A program made the position numbers and the translations under genes. DNA of 64,000 nucleotides. Origin: an uncultured bacterium (GTDB taxonomy: Bacteria > Verrucomicrobiota > Verrucomicrobiia > Verrucomicrobiales > DEV007). Shown here in pieces: positions 1 through 10,160 of the stretch. Position 1 is the first letter of the stretch; each line of letters begins with the position of its first letter. The DNA lies in assembly GCA_963977015.1 (NCBI GenBank), contig CAXBMO010000012.1, positions 102,602 to 166,601 of the forward strand, written 5' to 3'. A model generated the notes under the pieces. The model had not been told where the DNA came from. It did not search any database and saw only the letters and a program-made list of their open reading frames with translations.

Positions 1-1
1 C

Positions 2-3000
2 GACGGTTCGCTCTCCGCGCCGACGATCCAGATTTCAGGCAATACCGATGACGACACCTTCAACTTCTCGCCGAGCACTTTGAGCGGCGATGTCACGATT
101 CTGGGTGGGGACGGTGTCGATCAGTTCCTGCTTCACGATCTGCCGAACCTGGACGTGGTGAACCGCAACGAGACTGACCGTCAGACCATCTCTCTGGACG
201 GTCAGGAAGGTTCCGATCAATACACCGTCAACCTGGTGGGTGAGGATGTTGATTATGTCATCAACGTCTCGGATTCCGGATCGGTCACGGATATCGATTC
301 GATGATCATCAATGCCACCGACGAGGCGGACACGATCCTGCTGCGCAAGAACTTCGTCGCCTCGCTGAATGGGAATGCTGCGGATGGCTTCACCGACGAC
401 GTGGAGCGAATCAACTATGATTCCACGATCAACGCGCGTCTCCGGATCAATCTGGCGGGCGGGGATGACAACTTTGTCAGCGACGACAACAGCACGCTCA
501 CGACGGTCGATGGCGGCAGCGGCGCGGACACGTTCCAGATCGGTCAGGTGTTCGCCAACGACCGGGTTGCGCCGAACGTGGCGGCTGGCGATGAAATCGA
601 GACGATCGAAGTGACGCGCGGATTCCTCACCAAAGGCATCTCGGTGCCGATGACAATTTACGGCGGCGACGGGGACGATGTTTTCTCGGTCTACAGCAAC
701 CAGGCTCCGCTGCGGATGGAAGGGGAAGACGGGAACGACGAATTCATTATCCGCGCCTTTGTTCGGGCCGATGACGACAGCAGCACGTCCACGGAAGAGG
801 CACTGGTCGAAGGTGGCGGCGGGGACGACCTGATCCACTACAACATCAACGCCAACGTCAGCATCAACGGTGGCACCGGCTTCGACAAGGTCGTCGCGAT
901 TGGCACCGAACTTGCGGACCACTTCGTCATCACCGAGAACGGGATTTTCGGCGCGGGGCTGAACATCACGGTTTCCAACGTGGAGGAGGCGATTGAGGTC
1001 GACGGCCTGGAAGGCGACGATACGTTCTTCGTCCAGAGCACCGCGGCCGGCGTGGTCACCACCCTGATCGGCGGACTGGGTAGCGACACCTTCAACGTGA
1101 CCGGCGACGTCAATGCGACGATCCACGCAGCCGAAGCCGAGGGGCGCTCCGGCGTGATCAACCACGTGGCGGACAGTGACGATCCGTCTTACGAAGGGAT
1201 CGCCGCTCCCGGCATCCAGCTCAATGTGGCGGATTCCGCGACGACCAAGGTCGTGATCGAGAAATCCGGGTCTTCCACCACCGTTTCCGAGGACGTCGAT
1301 GGTTCGGTCGACACTTACGAGATTTACCTGAACGAGGCGCTCCCTGATGCCGGTGCTGAAGCTTCCATCACGGTTTCCGCAGCGCAGTCCGCGTCCAAGG
1401 AATTGGCCGAGGGCGGGCAGACCGTGGAGATTTCCACCGATGGCGTGAACTTTGCCGCCGCGCTGGTTCTCACCTTCAATGCGGGCAACTGGACGACTCA
1501 CCGCACCATCCATGTGCGGGCCGGGTCCGATACGGTGAAGGAGGGCGAGAAAAACGTCATCGTGAGTCACAGTATCGAGAGTAATCGCGATGTCTTGGAC
1601 GGAATTTCCATCGCCAACATGGAGGTTGCGGTGTTCGACGACGACAAGGACGAGCTCATCATCACGGAAAGCGGTCCATCGACCAGCGTGACCGAAAATG
1701 GGGCGACCGACACCTACACCGTGGCCCTGACCCACGAACCTGCGCCGGGCGAAACCGTCACGGTGACGTTGAATCACGACGACACCCAACTGACGCTTTC
1801 GGACGATACCCTGACTTTCGGCGACGAGGATTCCGCGAACCCGTGGAACGTGCCGCAGACTGTGACGGTGACGGCGTTCAACGACGACGTGGTTGAGAAT
1901 ACAATCCGGGAACTGATCACCCATGATGTGACCAGCACCGGAACGTTCAGCGTGAGCGAAGCGCCGACGATCAATGTGAGTGTGACCGATGACGACATTG
2001 GCGGAGTCATCGTGGAAGAGTCGGGCGGCTCGACCGTGGTGGTCGACGGCGGTGCGGGCGATAGCTACACGCTCCGCTTGAGCAAAGAACCGGAGAATCC
2101 GGTCACGGTCAATGTTCTGGCCGATGACCAGACCCTGGTTTCGAGCGCTGATGTCCGTTTCACGGCTGCCGTGGGCGACAACCCGCCGATGATCACCTTT
2201 GACCATACGAATTGGAATTTGGCGGTGACCGTCGATGTCGAGGCCAACCCGGATTTCGAAGGCGGCGATGCCCAGACGATCAAGTTCGCGGTTCAGCCGC
2301 ACCTGACCAACCGGATTCAAGGACCGTTGGTGATCGAGGGAGGAACCGGCTCCGGACCGGACCGCACTCTGGCCATACCGGTGACGTTGCCGACCGAGGA
2401 CAACGCGCCGCCGGCTGATCTCGACCTGACCGAGGACGAATCGCTGAACCGCGATACCGTCAACGTCTTCAACGATGACAGCGTGGCCGACGACACTGGC
2501 GTCCTGACCGAAGACAACCTTTCCGGGCTCGGCATGGGGTCGGATTCGATCGTTGTTCCGGGGACTGGCGGGGGACCGGATGTAACCATCCAGGATGGGA
2601 TCACGTATCGCGATGTGGAGCAGCTCAATGTGAATCTGGGCAGCGGCAGCGACACCTTCACCATCAATTCGGTGGGCGCGGATCTGCTGCTCGATCTCGG
2701 CGACGGGGACGACCAGGTCGACATCCTCAACGACAGCGGCGCGATCACCGATTCAATCACGATTCTCGGCCAGGACGGCGACGACGACGTGATTGGCGAT
2801 ACCGCGACGATGGTCGATACCTTCACCTTCGACGGCGGAGAGGGGATCGATGATCTGGAGCTGACCAACTTCACGATCACCGGAGCGGCCGGCGATGTGG
2901 ACGAAGCGAGCGGCGACGGGATCTACGGATTGAATCTTCAAAACGTCACCATCACGGAAAGTTCCTTCAGCGAAAGCACGGTCGCCGGGATTCGGCTCGA

Positions 3001-5248
3001 AACGATCGGCGGCGACGTCGAGATCACCGATACCACGGTCGAGTTGAACGGCGAGCAGGGAATTTCGATGGAGGACGTTACCGGTGACGTGACCCTCACC
3101 ACGGTCCAGGCGCTGGAGAATGGCACGGCTCTGGAAGAGATGCGGAAGGACGGAGTTTACATCCTGAATCTGGACGGCACGTTGACGGTCGACGATAGCG
3201 AATTTTCGGACAACGAGGGCCACGGTCTCTACGTCGAGAATGGCACGTCCATCATCGTCTCAGGCACGCTTGCCTCTGGAAACGCCGAAGACGGGTTCAA
3301 CTTCCTGAACGTGGGGTCGGTTGAATTCGATACGGTCGAAACGCAGGGCAACCAGAACGGAGTTTACATCGAGAACGCCTCGTCGTTCCGCGATTCCAGC
3401 GGGCGCCACGATTCCAACCGGGAAGACGGCATCTCGCTGATGTCGGTCAGCGGTTCGGTTGCGTTCAACAACACCACCGCGTCCGGCAATTTGTCGAACG
3501 GCGTTTACGCGACGAACGTGGGCGGCGTTAATCTTCAAGGCGTCACGTTGAGTGGGAACGGCAGCCGGGGCCTCCTCGTGGAAGGCGGCGGAAACGTGGA
3601 CATTTCCAAGAGCAGCGCCAGCGGCAATGGCGAAGTCGGGTTCGAACTGCAGGATGTCAGCGACATTACCCTCAAGAACGTGGAAGCGACGAAGAACGGC
3701 ACCGGACTTCTCGTCGAGAGCGCGCGCTCGCTCGAGGACGTCGGAGGGAGCTATGAGGCGAACCGGAAAGACGGGATGAACCTGCGGAAGCTGCGGTCCG
3801 TGGAGCTGACCCAGACCACTGCGAGTGGCAATGGCGGCAACGGGATTCAGATCTCCAACCTCAGCGGTGATCTGACCGTGTTGCAGGGCACCTTTATCGG
3901 GAACAGCCTCACCGGCCTTGCCGTCAGTGGGGTTCGCGGGATTCGTATCTCCAATACCCAATCGACCGGCAACGGTTCGAAAGGCTACGATTTGGGGAAC
4001 GCAAGCAGCGTCAATCTGGTTAGTGTCGTCGGCAGTCAGAACGGTTATATCGGTCTCGTTGTTGAGAACGCGGGCAGCTTCTCCGACCTCAACGGTGACT
4101 ATAATTTCAACGGAGTCGGGGGCGTGTTCCTCATGAACATCCCGGTCGCGGATCTGACCGGAACGTCGTTCGTCGGCAATGGAGTCTTCCCGATTCAGAT
4201 GATTAACGTGGGGCTTGCCACCTTCCTCGACGTGGAGTGGGACGACGAACTGGAAGGCGCCAGGGTCGGCACCATCGTCCTGGGGCCGGGCGATTACCGG
4301 ATCGAAGATTTTGAGAACGTCGGTGTCGATGAAATCGAGCTGCTGGATGGAGCGACGTTGCTCGGCAATGGTGAGACCAGCGCCACGATCACCACTCACG
4401 AAGGTTCTCGTCTGGCGCCAGGAATTTACGAGCCGGGGATTATTCGTTCGCACGGCGTCACCTTTGAGAAAGGCTCCACCTTTGAAGTCCAGATTGGTGG
4501 GCTTACCGCCGGAGTTGGGGCAGGATTCCACGATCAACTTCAAGTGGTAGGTTCGGTCGTGATCGAGAACGCAACCCTCGAGCTGTTGGCCTTTGGTGGA
4601 TTCCAACCTTCGTTCGGACAGGATTACGTGATCATCGACAACGATGGCTCTGACGCTGTGAAGGGGAATTTCGAGGGACTTGAAGAAGGAGCCTCGATTT
4701 CGCAGTTCCTCGGATCGAGGATCAGTGCCCGAATCAGCTACGAAGGTGGCGACGGAAACGATGTCGTTGTTTCAACGCTCGTCCCCGGAGAGCTGATGCG
4801 TTATCTGGAGGAAGAAGGGTTTGATCGTTTCGATCTGTTGGGGAGAAATGATTTGCTGAGCGACCGCTGGATGTCCGGTAACATTTTTGCTGGATTTGCC
4901 GCTTACGGATCGCTTGGGATTCAATCTCCGCTCTTGGCTGGAGCGGTCGCTCCCGGCACCTCGGTATATATTACCCTTTACGGCGAAAATGGGATGATCG
5001 TGGGACAGCAGTTGGCGACGGCCGACGCTTCTGGAAACTGGGTTGCCGTGATGCATGGAGCAAACGTCTCCGGGCAGGTTACGAGAGCCTCGATTCAGAC
5101 GACTTCAGCCGATGGCGCCTTGGTCTACTTCGATTCTTACTTCGTGAATTTCGGGACGAACTCAAATGGATCGGCCTTCTCCGTGGGGGATCTGGATATT
5201 ACCGGAAGACTGGTGAGTCCAGTTGACCAGGCCCTCGATAACGGGTGA
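2..5248 (+). CDS. Giant secreted repeat protein, 5' end outside window (Ca-binding GGxGxD-type repeats, three Calx-beta-like modules, parallel beta-helix repeats)
   Basis: Frame 2 is open from nt 2, so the TTG at 80 used by the ORF track is not a real start. Motifs GGDGVDQF, GGSGADTF, GGDGDDVF, GEDGNDEF, GGGGDDLI, GGLGSDTF are present. Three tandem ~110-130 aa modules each begin [VI][VI]xESGxST and end in ..DDD. These are followed by many NGxxG[ILV] beta-helix turns and a C-terminal ISYEGGDGNDVVVSTL module. The 761-aa antisense ORF is a shadow. Confidence 0.8.
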   Translation, partial: DGSLSAPTIQISGNTDDDTFNFSPSTLSGDVTILGGDGVDQFLLHDLPNLDVVNRNETDRQTISLDGQEGSDQYTVNLVGEDVDYVINVSDSGSVTDIDSMIINATDEADTILLRKNFVASLNGNAADGFTDDVERINYDSTINARLRINLAGGDDNFVSDDNSTLTTVDGGSGADTFQIGQVFANDRVAPNVAAGDEIETIEVTRGFLTKGISVPMTIYGGDGDDVFSVYSNQAPLRMEGEDGNDEFIIRAFVRADDDSSTSTEEALVEGGGGDDLIHYNINANVSINGGTGFDKVVAIGTELADHFVITENGIFGAGLNITVSNVEEAIEVDGLEGDDTFFVQSTAAGVVTTLIGGLGSDTFNVTGDVNATIHAAEAEGRSGVINHVADSDDPSYEGIAAPGIQLNVADSATTKVVIEKSGSSTTVSEDVDGSVDTYEIYLNEALPDAGAEASITVSAAQSASKELAEGGQTVEISTDGVNFAAALVLTFNAGNWTTHRTIHVRAGSDTVKEGEKNVIVSHSIESNRDVLDGISIANMEVAVFDDDKDELIITESGPSTSVTENGATDTYTVALTHEPAPGETVTVTLNHDDTQLTLSDDTLTFGDEDSANPWNVPQTVTVTAFNDDVVENTIRELITHDVTSTGTFSVSEAPTINVSVTDDDIGGVIVEESGGSTVVVDGGAGDSYTLRLSKEPENPVTVNVLADDQTLVSSADVRFTAAVGDNPPMITFDHTNWNLAVTVDVEANPDFEGGDAQTIKFAVQPHLTNRIQGPLVIEGGTGSGPDRTLAIPVTLPTEDNAPPADLDLTEDESLNRDTVNVFNDDSVADDTGVLTEDNLSGLGMGSDSIVVPGTGGGPDVTIQDGITYRDVEQLNVNLGSGSDTFTINSVGADLLLDLGDGDDQVDILNDSGAITDSITILGQDGDDDVIGDTATMVDTFTFDGGEGIDDLELTNFTITGAAGDVDEASGDGIYGLNLQNVTITESSFSESTVAGIRLETIGGDVEITDTTVELNGEQGISMEDVTGDVTLTTVQALENGTALEEMRKDGVYILNLDGTLTVDDSEFSDNEGHGLYVENGTSIIVSGTLASGNAEDGFNFLNVGSVEFDTVETQGNQNGVYIENASSFRDSSGRHDSNREDGISLMSVSGSVAFNNTTASGNLSNGVYATNVGGVNLQGVTLSGNGSRGLLVEGGGNVDISKSSASGNGEVGFELQDVSDITLKNVEATKNGTGLLVESARSLEDVGGSYEANRKDGMNLRKLRSVELTQTTASGNGGNGIQISNLSGDLTVLQGTFIGNSLTGLAVSGVRGIRISNTQSTGNGSKGYDLGNASSVNLVSVVGSQNGYIGLVVENAGSFSDLNGDYNFNGVGGVFLMNIPVADLTGTSFVGNGVFPIQMINVGLATFLDVEWDDELEGARVGTIVLGPGDYRIEDFENVGVDEIELLDGATLLGNGETSATITTHEGSRLAPGIYEPGIIRSHGVTFEKGSTFEVQIGGLTAGVGAGFHDQLQVVGSVVIENATLELLAFGGFQPSFGQDYVIIDNDGSDAVKGNFEGLEEGASISQFLGSRISARISYEGGDGNDVVVSTLVPGELMRYLEEEGFDRFDLLGRNDLLSDRWMSGNIFAGFAAYGSLGIQSPLLAGAVAPGTSVYITLYGENGMIVGQQLATADASGNWVAVMHGANVSGQVTRASIQTTSADGALVYFDSYFVNFGTNSNGSAFSVGDLDITGRLVSPVDQALDNG
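2880..4210 (+). repeat. Intragenic array of ~22-25 aa parallel beta-helix (PbH1-like) coding repeats inside the giant protein
   Basis: The translation shows reiterated units such as NGEQGISMEDVTGDVTLTTVQALE, NEGHGLYVENGTSIIVSGTLAS, NAEDGFNFLNVGSVEFDTVETQG, NQNGVYIENASSFRDSSGRHDS and NGGNGIQISNLSGDLTVLQGTFIG. Boundaries are approximate. Confidence 0.6.
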
Positions 5249-5260
5249 TAGGTGATCCTG

Positions 5261-6289
5261 ATGGAACACCCGTATCTCTGCGTTGATGAGTTTTTGACCG
5301 GTGTGGTCGAGACCAGAGCCCTCGTAACTGCATTTGAGGAGGGAGTGGTGGATGCGTTGGTGGCGAGCTCGCAACCCGTTCCTGTTGACGAACTGCGCCC
5401 CAGGAAACTGCGGGATCCGAAAGGGCTGGGTCTCTTGCTCGATATTTTGCGGGCAAATCGAGTGGTGACGATTGATTCCGATGGCGTAAGCCTGACGGCG
5501 TCGTTTCGCAACGCGTTGAAGTTTCGGGATCTCCTTGAGGTGAAAGCCGAATTTGCCCTCTTTTTTGCGTCGGACTGGGTCGACCGGTTTGATCTGCTTC
5601 TTGGCGATCCCGCAAAATTGATGGAGCAGTCTCAAGTGATGAAGCTTTTCGATTACGCAAAAGCCTTCAACGATACCCCGCAAAACTACGAGCACACCCG
5701 CCGCTGGATGCGGTTGACGACGACCCTGACACGCTACGAAGCTGAGGTGATCGCCCCAACCCTGGCCTTGGATTCCTTCCGTGAAATGCTCGATGTCGGG
5801 GGGAATAGCGGTGAATTTGCTCTTCGCTGCTGTAAGCGGGCCCCAACGCTGCGCGCCACGGTGTTTGACCTTCCCTTGGTCTGTCAGATCGGGAGGGAAC
5901 ACGTTGCCCGCCATGAGGAGGCCGACCGGATCCAATTCCTCAACGCAAAGAGCCTGAGCGATTTGCGGCCGAAGCAATACGATCTGGTCACGTTCAAATC
6001 GATGTTGCATGATTGGCCCAATGCGGAGGCAAAAGATTGGCTGCAAAGCGCGGTCGAATGCCTTCAGCCGGGTGGAACACTCCTCATCTTTGAGCGGGTT
6101 GCCTGGAATCTGGAGGCGCGGCACCTGGGGTTTTCCATGATCCCCATCCTGCTGTTTCATCGCTTTTATCGGGAGGCCACGTTTTACGAGGAATTTCTCG
6201 TCCAGCAAGGCTTGACGGACTTGGAATGCCGCATCGTGAATCTGGATACGCCTTTTCTGTGTCTTACGGCGAAAAAACAGGAAAACTAA
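5261..6289 (+). CDS. SAM-dependent O-methyltransferase (family-2, small-molecule type)
   Basis: SAM motif I LDVGGNSGEF, MLHDW catalytic-type motif and PGGTLLIFE are present, with an N-terminal winged-helix-like dimerisation region. The first ATG is at 5261 (GTG at 5252 is possible), 12 nt after the adhesin stop. The 381-aa antisense ORF has no motifs. Confidence 0.75.
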   Translation: MEHPYLCVDEFLTGVVETRALVTAFEEGVVDALVASSQPVPVDELRPRKLRDPKGLGLLLDILRANRVVTIDSDGVSLTASFRNALKFRDLLEVKAEFALFFASDWVDRFDLLLGDPAKLMEQSQVMKLFDYAKAFNDTPQNYEHTRRWMRLTTTLTRYEAEVIAPTLALDSFREMLDVGGNSGEFALRCCKRAPTLRATVFDLPLVCQIGREHVARHEEADRIQFLNAKSLSDLRPKQYDLVTFKSMLHDWPNAEAKDWLQSAVECLQPGGTLLIFERVAWNLEARHLGFSMIPILLFHRFYREATFYEEFLVQQGLTDLECRIVNLDTPFLCLTAKKQEN

Positions 6290-6401
6290 AATCGTCATAA
6301 GTTTCATTTTTCCAATTTGGAGATTTGTTAGAAAGTCTCAGTTTCCCTGACTTGGTAAATGTTAGGGAATTCTTACGAATGCGATTGCATTTTGTGAAAA
6401 C

Positions 6402-8408
6402 ATGTTAGGGTGGCCCCAAAGCATGACAGCACGACAAAGGGTTCAACTTTGGAAGGCGGGCGATTTTTTCGTTGCCCTCCTGATTTTCCTAACACTATCA
6501 GTATCAACGCTGATGGCCGAGGAAGCGTCTACAAAGGCCGCTGCTTCTGAGGATCGGGGGCTTTCGGCGTGGATGGCAAAGCGATTTCAGCGAAAGGGCG
6601 GAGAATCTGCCCCAGCGACAGGGGAAACGGAAACACTCAAGGCGTCGGCAGAAGTTGAAGCCGTAGAACCGCCGCTTACCACCGAACTTTATCCGGCAAA
6701 ACCATCGAGCACCAACTACAAGGGCACGCGATTCGAAAGGGACGTTGAAGAGGTTTTGGAAGGCCTGTATGAGGGGCTGGAAACCCGAGCGGAACAGATC
6801 GATGATCCTGAGTTGCTGACTGGAAATTTGTCCGGCGTGTTGGATGAATCCGGCAAGTTTGACGCGGTTTGGAATGATCTTATCCGGCAGGGTTTTTGGC
6901 CGGCCCAGAAGCAGGTCACCCGAAGCGTTGACGAGACCTATGCCTTGTCTCTGCTTCACTCGAACCAGGTTCGATCCGCCACCAAGACTCCCTTGATCCG
7001 GGAAACCGCGTTGGTTGAGGCCGGGGAAACGTATGCCTTGGAGGCGTTCGCGGAAGGGGATATCCAACATTCCGACGAGCCAACGGGATCCTTGCTGTCG
7101 ACTGGAAGCACCGGGCGGTTTGTTCAGGACGACAAGAATGGCGAAGTTGGCGTTCGAAAGCGGTTTTTGACGGGAACGGAACTTCGCCTCTCGAATCAAT
7201 TGGGCACGCTCGACAACAATTCTGACTTCTTGGATCCCAATCCCCAAACCAGCTCGGAAGTCGGGATTTCACTGATTCAGCCTATTTTTCGTGGGGGAGG
7301 CTACCAGTATCACCAGTCGATTTTCCGGCTCGCCGAGTTGGATAGTGAGGTTGCATCGGTCGGTTTTCTGCGTGGATTGGAAGGGCATTTACTGACGGTG
7401 AACCAAGCCTATTGGGGAGTCTATCTGGCTCGGGCCGCCTATCTCCAGCGAAAGGAGATGGTGAAGGAGACCCGGGACATTCTCGCGAAAATGGATGATC
7501 GAGCGAGATTGGATGCCGACGCCACGGCTTCGGAACGGCTTCGTGCTCAAGCCACGTTGAAGAAGCGGGAAGCGGATTTGGCCCGCACCAAGATGCAGAT
7601 CAAGATTGCGGAGGAAAGGCTTCGTGCCCTCGTCAATGATCCTGACATGCCCATGGGATCCACCGGTGAAATGATTCCGGTGACTCGTCCTCAGCTGTCG
7701 CTTCCGCATGAAGACGTCCGTTTGGCGGTGGTCATGGCTCTCAACAATCGAGGAGAAGTCGTCCAAAGTGCGTTGGCGGTTCGCGCGGCCGTGATCCGAT
7801 GGAATCAAGCCGTCAAGGATCTCAAGCCTCAGCTGGATATCGTTGCTGAAGTCGGAGTCTCGGCATTGGATCGGGATCGAGATCTGGGAGGTGCCTATAG
7901 TGACCTCTCCGGACAGGATCCAGCCTGGAGGGCGGGGATTCGTTTCAGCCAGCCTCTGGAACGTCGATTTGTTCGCGCCAAGGTTCAACGCAGGGAGTTG
8001 GAATATCAGCAGGCGGTGGATAATTTCATGATTCGGGCCGACCAGATCATGTTGGAATCGTTGGTCAGCTATCGGGAAATGTTGGCCTCCTATCGTGATA
8101 TGACAGGAAAATACGAGGCGGTAACGGCGTCTCGCGAAGACCTGCATCAACTGAGGGATCGTCTCAATATTGATGCCGATGGCAATCGCAACACGGTCTC
8201 CTATCAACTGCAATTGATCTTGGATGCAATGGACCGGAACAAGCAGGCTGAGGAAGAGTTCCTCGTCAGCGTCGTTACCTACAATACGGCTCTGGCTGCG
8301 TTGGAGCAGTCCAAAGGAACCTTTCTCCAATATAACAACGTCGAGATTTTGAGGGAAGAGACCGATGACGTGCTCGAGTCCGACTCCCTGAAGGTTCAGA
8401 TGCGTTAA
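6402..8408 (+). CDS. TolC-family outer membrane efflux protein (long N-terminal extension)
   Basis: Hydrophobic N-terminus FFVALLIFLTLSVSTLMA. Two coiled-coil/barrel halves are typical of OEP proteins (LAELDSEVASVGFLRGLEGHLLTVNQAYWGVYLARAAYLQRKE; LESLVSYREMLASYRDMTGKYEAVTASRED). At 668 aa it is longer than typical TolC. Confidence 0.7.
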   Translation: MLGWPQSMTARQRVQLWKAGDFFVALLIFLTLSVSTLMAEEASTKAAASEDRGLSAWMAKRFQRKGGESAPATGETETLKASAEVEAVEPPLTTELYPAKPSSTNYKGTRFERDVEEVLEGLYEGLETRAEQIDDPELLTGNLSGVLDESGKFDAVWNDLIRQGFWPAQKQVTRSVDETYALSLLHSNQVRSATKTPLIRETALVEAGETYALEAFAEGDIQHSDEPTGSLLSTGSTGRFVQDDKNGEVGVRKRFLTGTELRLSNQLGTLDNNSDFLDPNPQTSSEVGISLIQPIFRGGGYQYHQSIFRLAELDSEVASVGFLRGLEGHLLTVNQAYWGVYLARAAYLQRKEMVKETRDILAKMDDRARLDADATASERLRAQATLKKREADLARTKMQIKIAEERLRALVNDPDMPMGSTGEMIPVTRPQLSLPHEDVRLAVVMALNNRGEVVQSALAVRAAVIRWNQAVKDLKPQLDIVAEVGVSALDRDRDLGGAYSDLSGQDPAWRAGIRFSQPLERRFVRAKVQRRELEYQQAVDNFMIRADQIMLESLVSYREMLASYRDMTGKYEAVTASREDLHQLRDRLNIDADGNRNTVSYQLQLILDAMDRNKQAEEEFLVSVVTYNTALAALEQSKGTFLQYNNVEILREETDDVLESDSLKVQMR

Positions 8409-8452
8409 TTGTTTTTAGCTGCGAAAGGTTTTTTTGAAGGTATGCTGGGCTG

Positions 8453-9373
8453 ATGGGATACTTCCGGCATGATGAGTATGTTGAACTGACAATGCACTTC
8501 AAATGCAATCTGAAGTGTGAGCATTGCATGATTGAAGGGACCATGAATTGGCTCAAACCGGAGTCGATTCAGCAGTTCCACTCGGTGTTGGAATTGAACG
8601 CGCGCGAGAAGCGTTGGAAGGGAGTCATCTTTACCGGGGCAGAGGTCACGTTGTGCAAGGATCTGACGCAATGGGCTCGTCAGGCTCATCAAAACGGTTT
8701 TGAGAACGTCCGCATTCAAACGCATGGGATGAAATTGGCGGACCCGGACTACTGCGAGTCATTGGTCGATGCGGGGATCAATGAATATTTCATCAGCGTC
8801 ACGGCTGCCGATGGTGAGACGCATGACGAAATCACCGGAGTTCCAGGTTCATGGGAAAAGACCATGGCAGGGATGGAGAATCTGAATCGATTCTCCGATA
8901 TTGTGATGCACACCAACACGGTCATTACGCAACGCAGCTATCGTCAGCTTTCCCAGGTCATTCAGAGACTGCATCAATTGGAAAAGTTGGTTCAATTTGA
9001 GTTTTGGAACTATTGGCCCATGAGCGAATCGGATGGGAAGGATTTGATCGTGCCGCACGCGGAGGCGCTTCCCGAGATACGAAAAGCAATCCAACTGGCT
9101 GACCAATTAGGTAAAGAGATTGAAATTAAAAACTTTCCCGAATGCCTCTTGGGAAGGGACTCTGCGGCACTCAATAATTCGCAGCCCAAGCTGATCATCG
9201 ATCCCGCCTTCTGGACGGAATTCAATCGCAATGGATTTCATCAATGCCGGCACCGCAGCTCCTGTCAAAGCACGCAGTGCCTCGGTCTCAATACGGCTTA
9301 TATAAATCGATATGGCTGGGAGGCTGATATGCTAACGCCAATCGCAGCGAAGGACGATGGAATCCCGTCTTGA
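8453..9373 (+). CDS. Radical SAM enzyme
   Basis: CNLKCEHC (CxxxCxxC) at nt 8504-8527 and GAEVTL (GGEPLL-like) are present. A C-terminal Cys cluster CRHRSSCQSTQC could hold an auxiliary Fe-S site. The stop overlaps the next gene by 17 nt. Confidence 0.8.
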   Translation: MGYFRHDEYVELTMHFKCNLKCEHCMIEGTMNWLKPESIQQFHSVLELNAREKRWKGVIFTGAEVTLCKDLTQWARQAHQNGFENVRIQTHGMKLADPDYCESLVDAGINEYFISVTAADGETHDEITGVPGSWEKTMAGMENLNRFSDIVMHTNTVITQRSYRQLSQVIQRLHQLEKLVQFEFWNYWPMSESDGKDLIVPHAEALPEIRKAIQLADQLGKEIEIKNFPECLLGRDSAALNNSQPKLIIDPAFWTEFNRNGFHQCRHRSSCQSTQCLGLNTAYINRYGWEADMLTPIAAKDDGIPS

Positions 9374-10160
9374 GATTGAAGCTCCAAGCGGCACTCGGCG
9401 GTTATTCCAACGGATTGAATCGTTAGGAGTTCCGTTCATCCATGAGCGGTCGATTCGGTTTTCCCGAGGCTATATGGGGACCAAACGTTGCCTTTTGAGT
9501 ATTGATCCGCAAAAGTTGGGGTCGCATTCCGGCGAAGTCATCCCGGCGGTTTGTCAGGAGCTGGGGATGCCGCATTCGCTTTCTGAAACGGTTCTTCACT
9601 GGCTCCCGGAGGCAACGTTTGTCCATTTTGGGTTCGAAGATGACAGGAATCAATCCCGCTATAAAGTCTACTTTGAACAGCAGCGAAAACCGAATCAAGC
9701 CGGTGAACCGATCCTGCTTCATGTTGCTTTCAAGTGGAAGGTCCCATCATCCGAGCAATGGGTTGAATCCCGTTATTTTTGGTATCCGGACCAAACGCCG
9801 TCAGATCTCTGCCACAAGATCGGAGGCTACCATCGTGACCCTGAGAGCCCTTTGCTTGAGAGCATCAGAAGCATGATCAAACACGCTGGTTCGGCCGAAC
9901 TTCTGGAAGTCAGGGAGGAGAGGGGAGGGCGTTTTTCCTATGATCTCAATTTTTACGACAGCAATGTGGGAGTCCAATCCATTCGCGACGAGTTGGGAAT
10001 GGTGGGAGATTACTTCGGGATCCCGGAAGACGTAATCGAGACGTTGCTATCACGGATAGGGAGCGAAGATCTTGGGCATATTGCTAGCGGCCTGCATCGT
10101 GATGGAGAAGAGTTCCTTACTCTTTATTTTGGAGCGAGAATTCACCATGGACATTGTTGA
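9357..10160 (+). CDS. Hypothetical protein, gene A of an unknown tandem pair (possible ABBA/PT-barrel-like strand pattern)
   Basis: ATG 9357 overlaps the radical SAM stop, suggesting translational coupling. There is no catalytic motif I recognise. Strand-end patterns recur: FVHFGFEDDRNQSRYKVYFE, FSYDLNFYD, EEFLTLYFG. Confidence 0.6.
   Translation: MESRLEIEAPSGTRRLFQRIESLGVPFIHERSIRFSRGYMGTKRCLLSIDPQKLGSHSGEVIPAVCQELGMPHSLSETVLHWLPEATFVHFGFEDDRNQSRYKVYFEQQRKPNQAGEPILLHVAFKWKVPSSEQWVESRYFWYPDQTPSDLCHKIGGYHRDPESPLLESIRSMIKHAGSAELLEVREERGGRFSYDLNFYDSNVGVQSIRDELGMVGDYFGIPEDVIETLLSRIGSEDLGHIASGLHRDGEEFLTLYFGARIHHGHC

Noticed and set aside
35-2320. 761-aa minus-strand ORF (and other long antisense ORFs at 2317-2880, 2753-3223 and 3260-4606) overlapping the giant adhesin
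   Set aside because: These are low-complexity R/H/D/V/G-rich translations with no motifs. They lie entirely antisense to a plus-strand frame with coherent repeat/domain structure. This is typical of shadow ORFs in GC-rich coding DNA.
5162-6307. 381-aa minus-strand ORF opposite the methyltransferase
   Set aside because: The plus-strand frame has the SAM-binding and MLHDW motifs. The minus frame has none.
8453-9373. The radical SAM gene as the anaerobic sulfatase-maturating enzyme (anSME) for the four sulfatases
   Set aside because: At 306 aa it is shorter than anSMEs as I recall them. I do not see the full SPASM CX2CX5CX3C cluster pattern. It is also about 35 kb from the sulfatases, in a different, tightly coupled operon.
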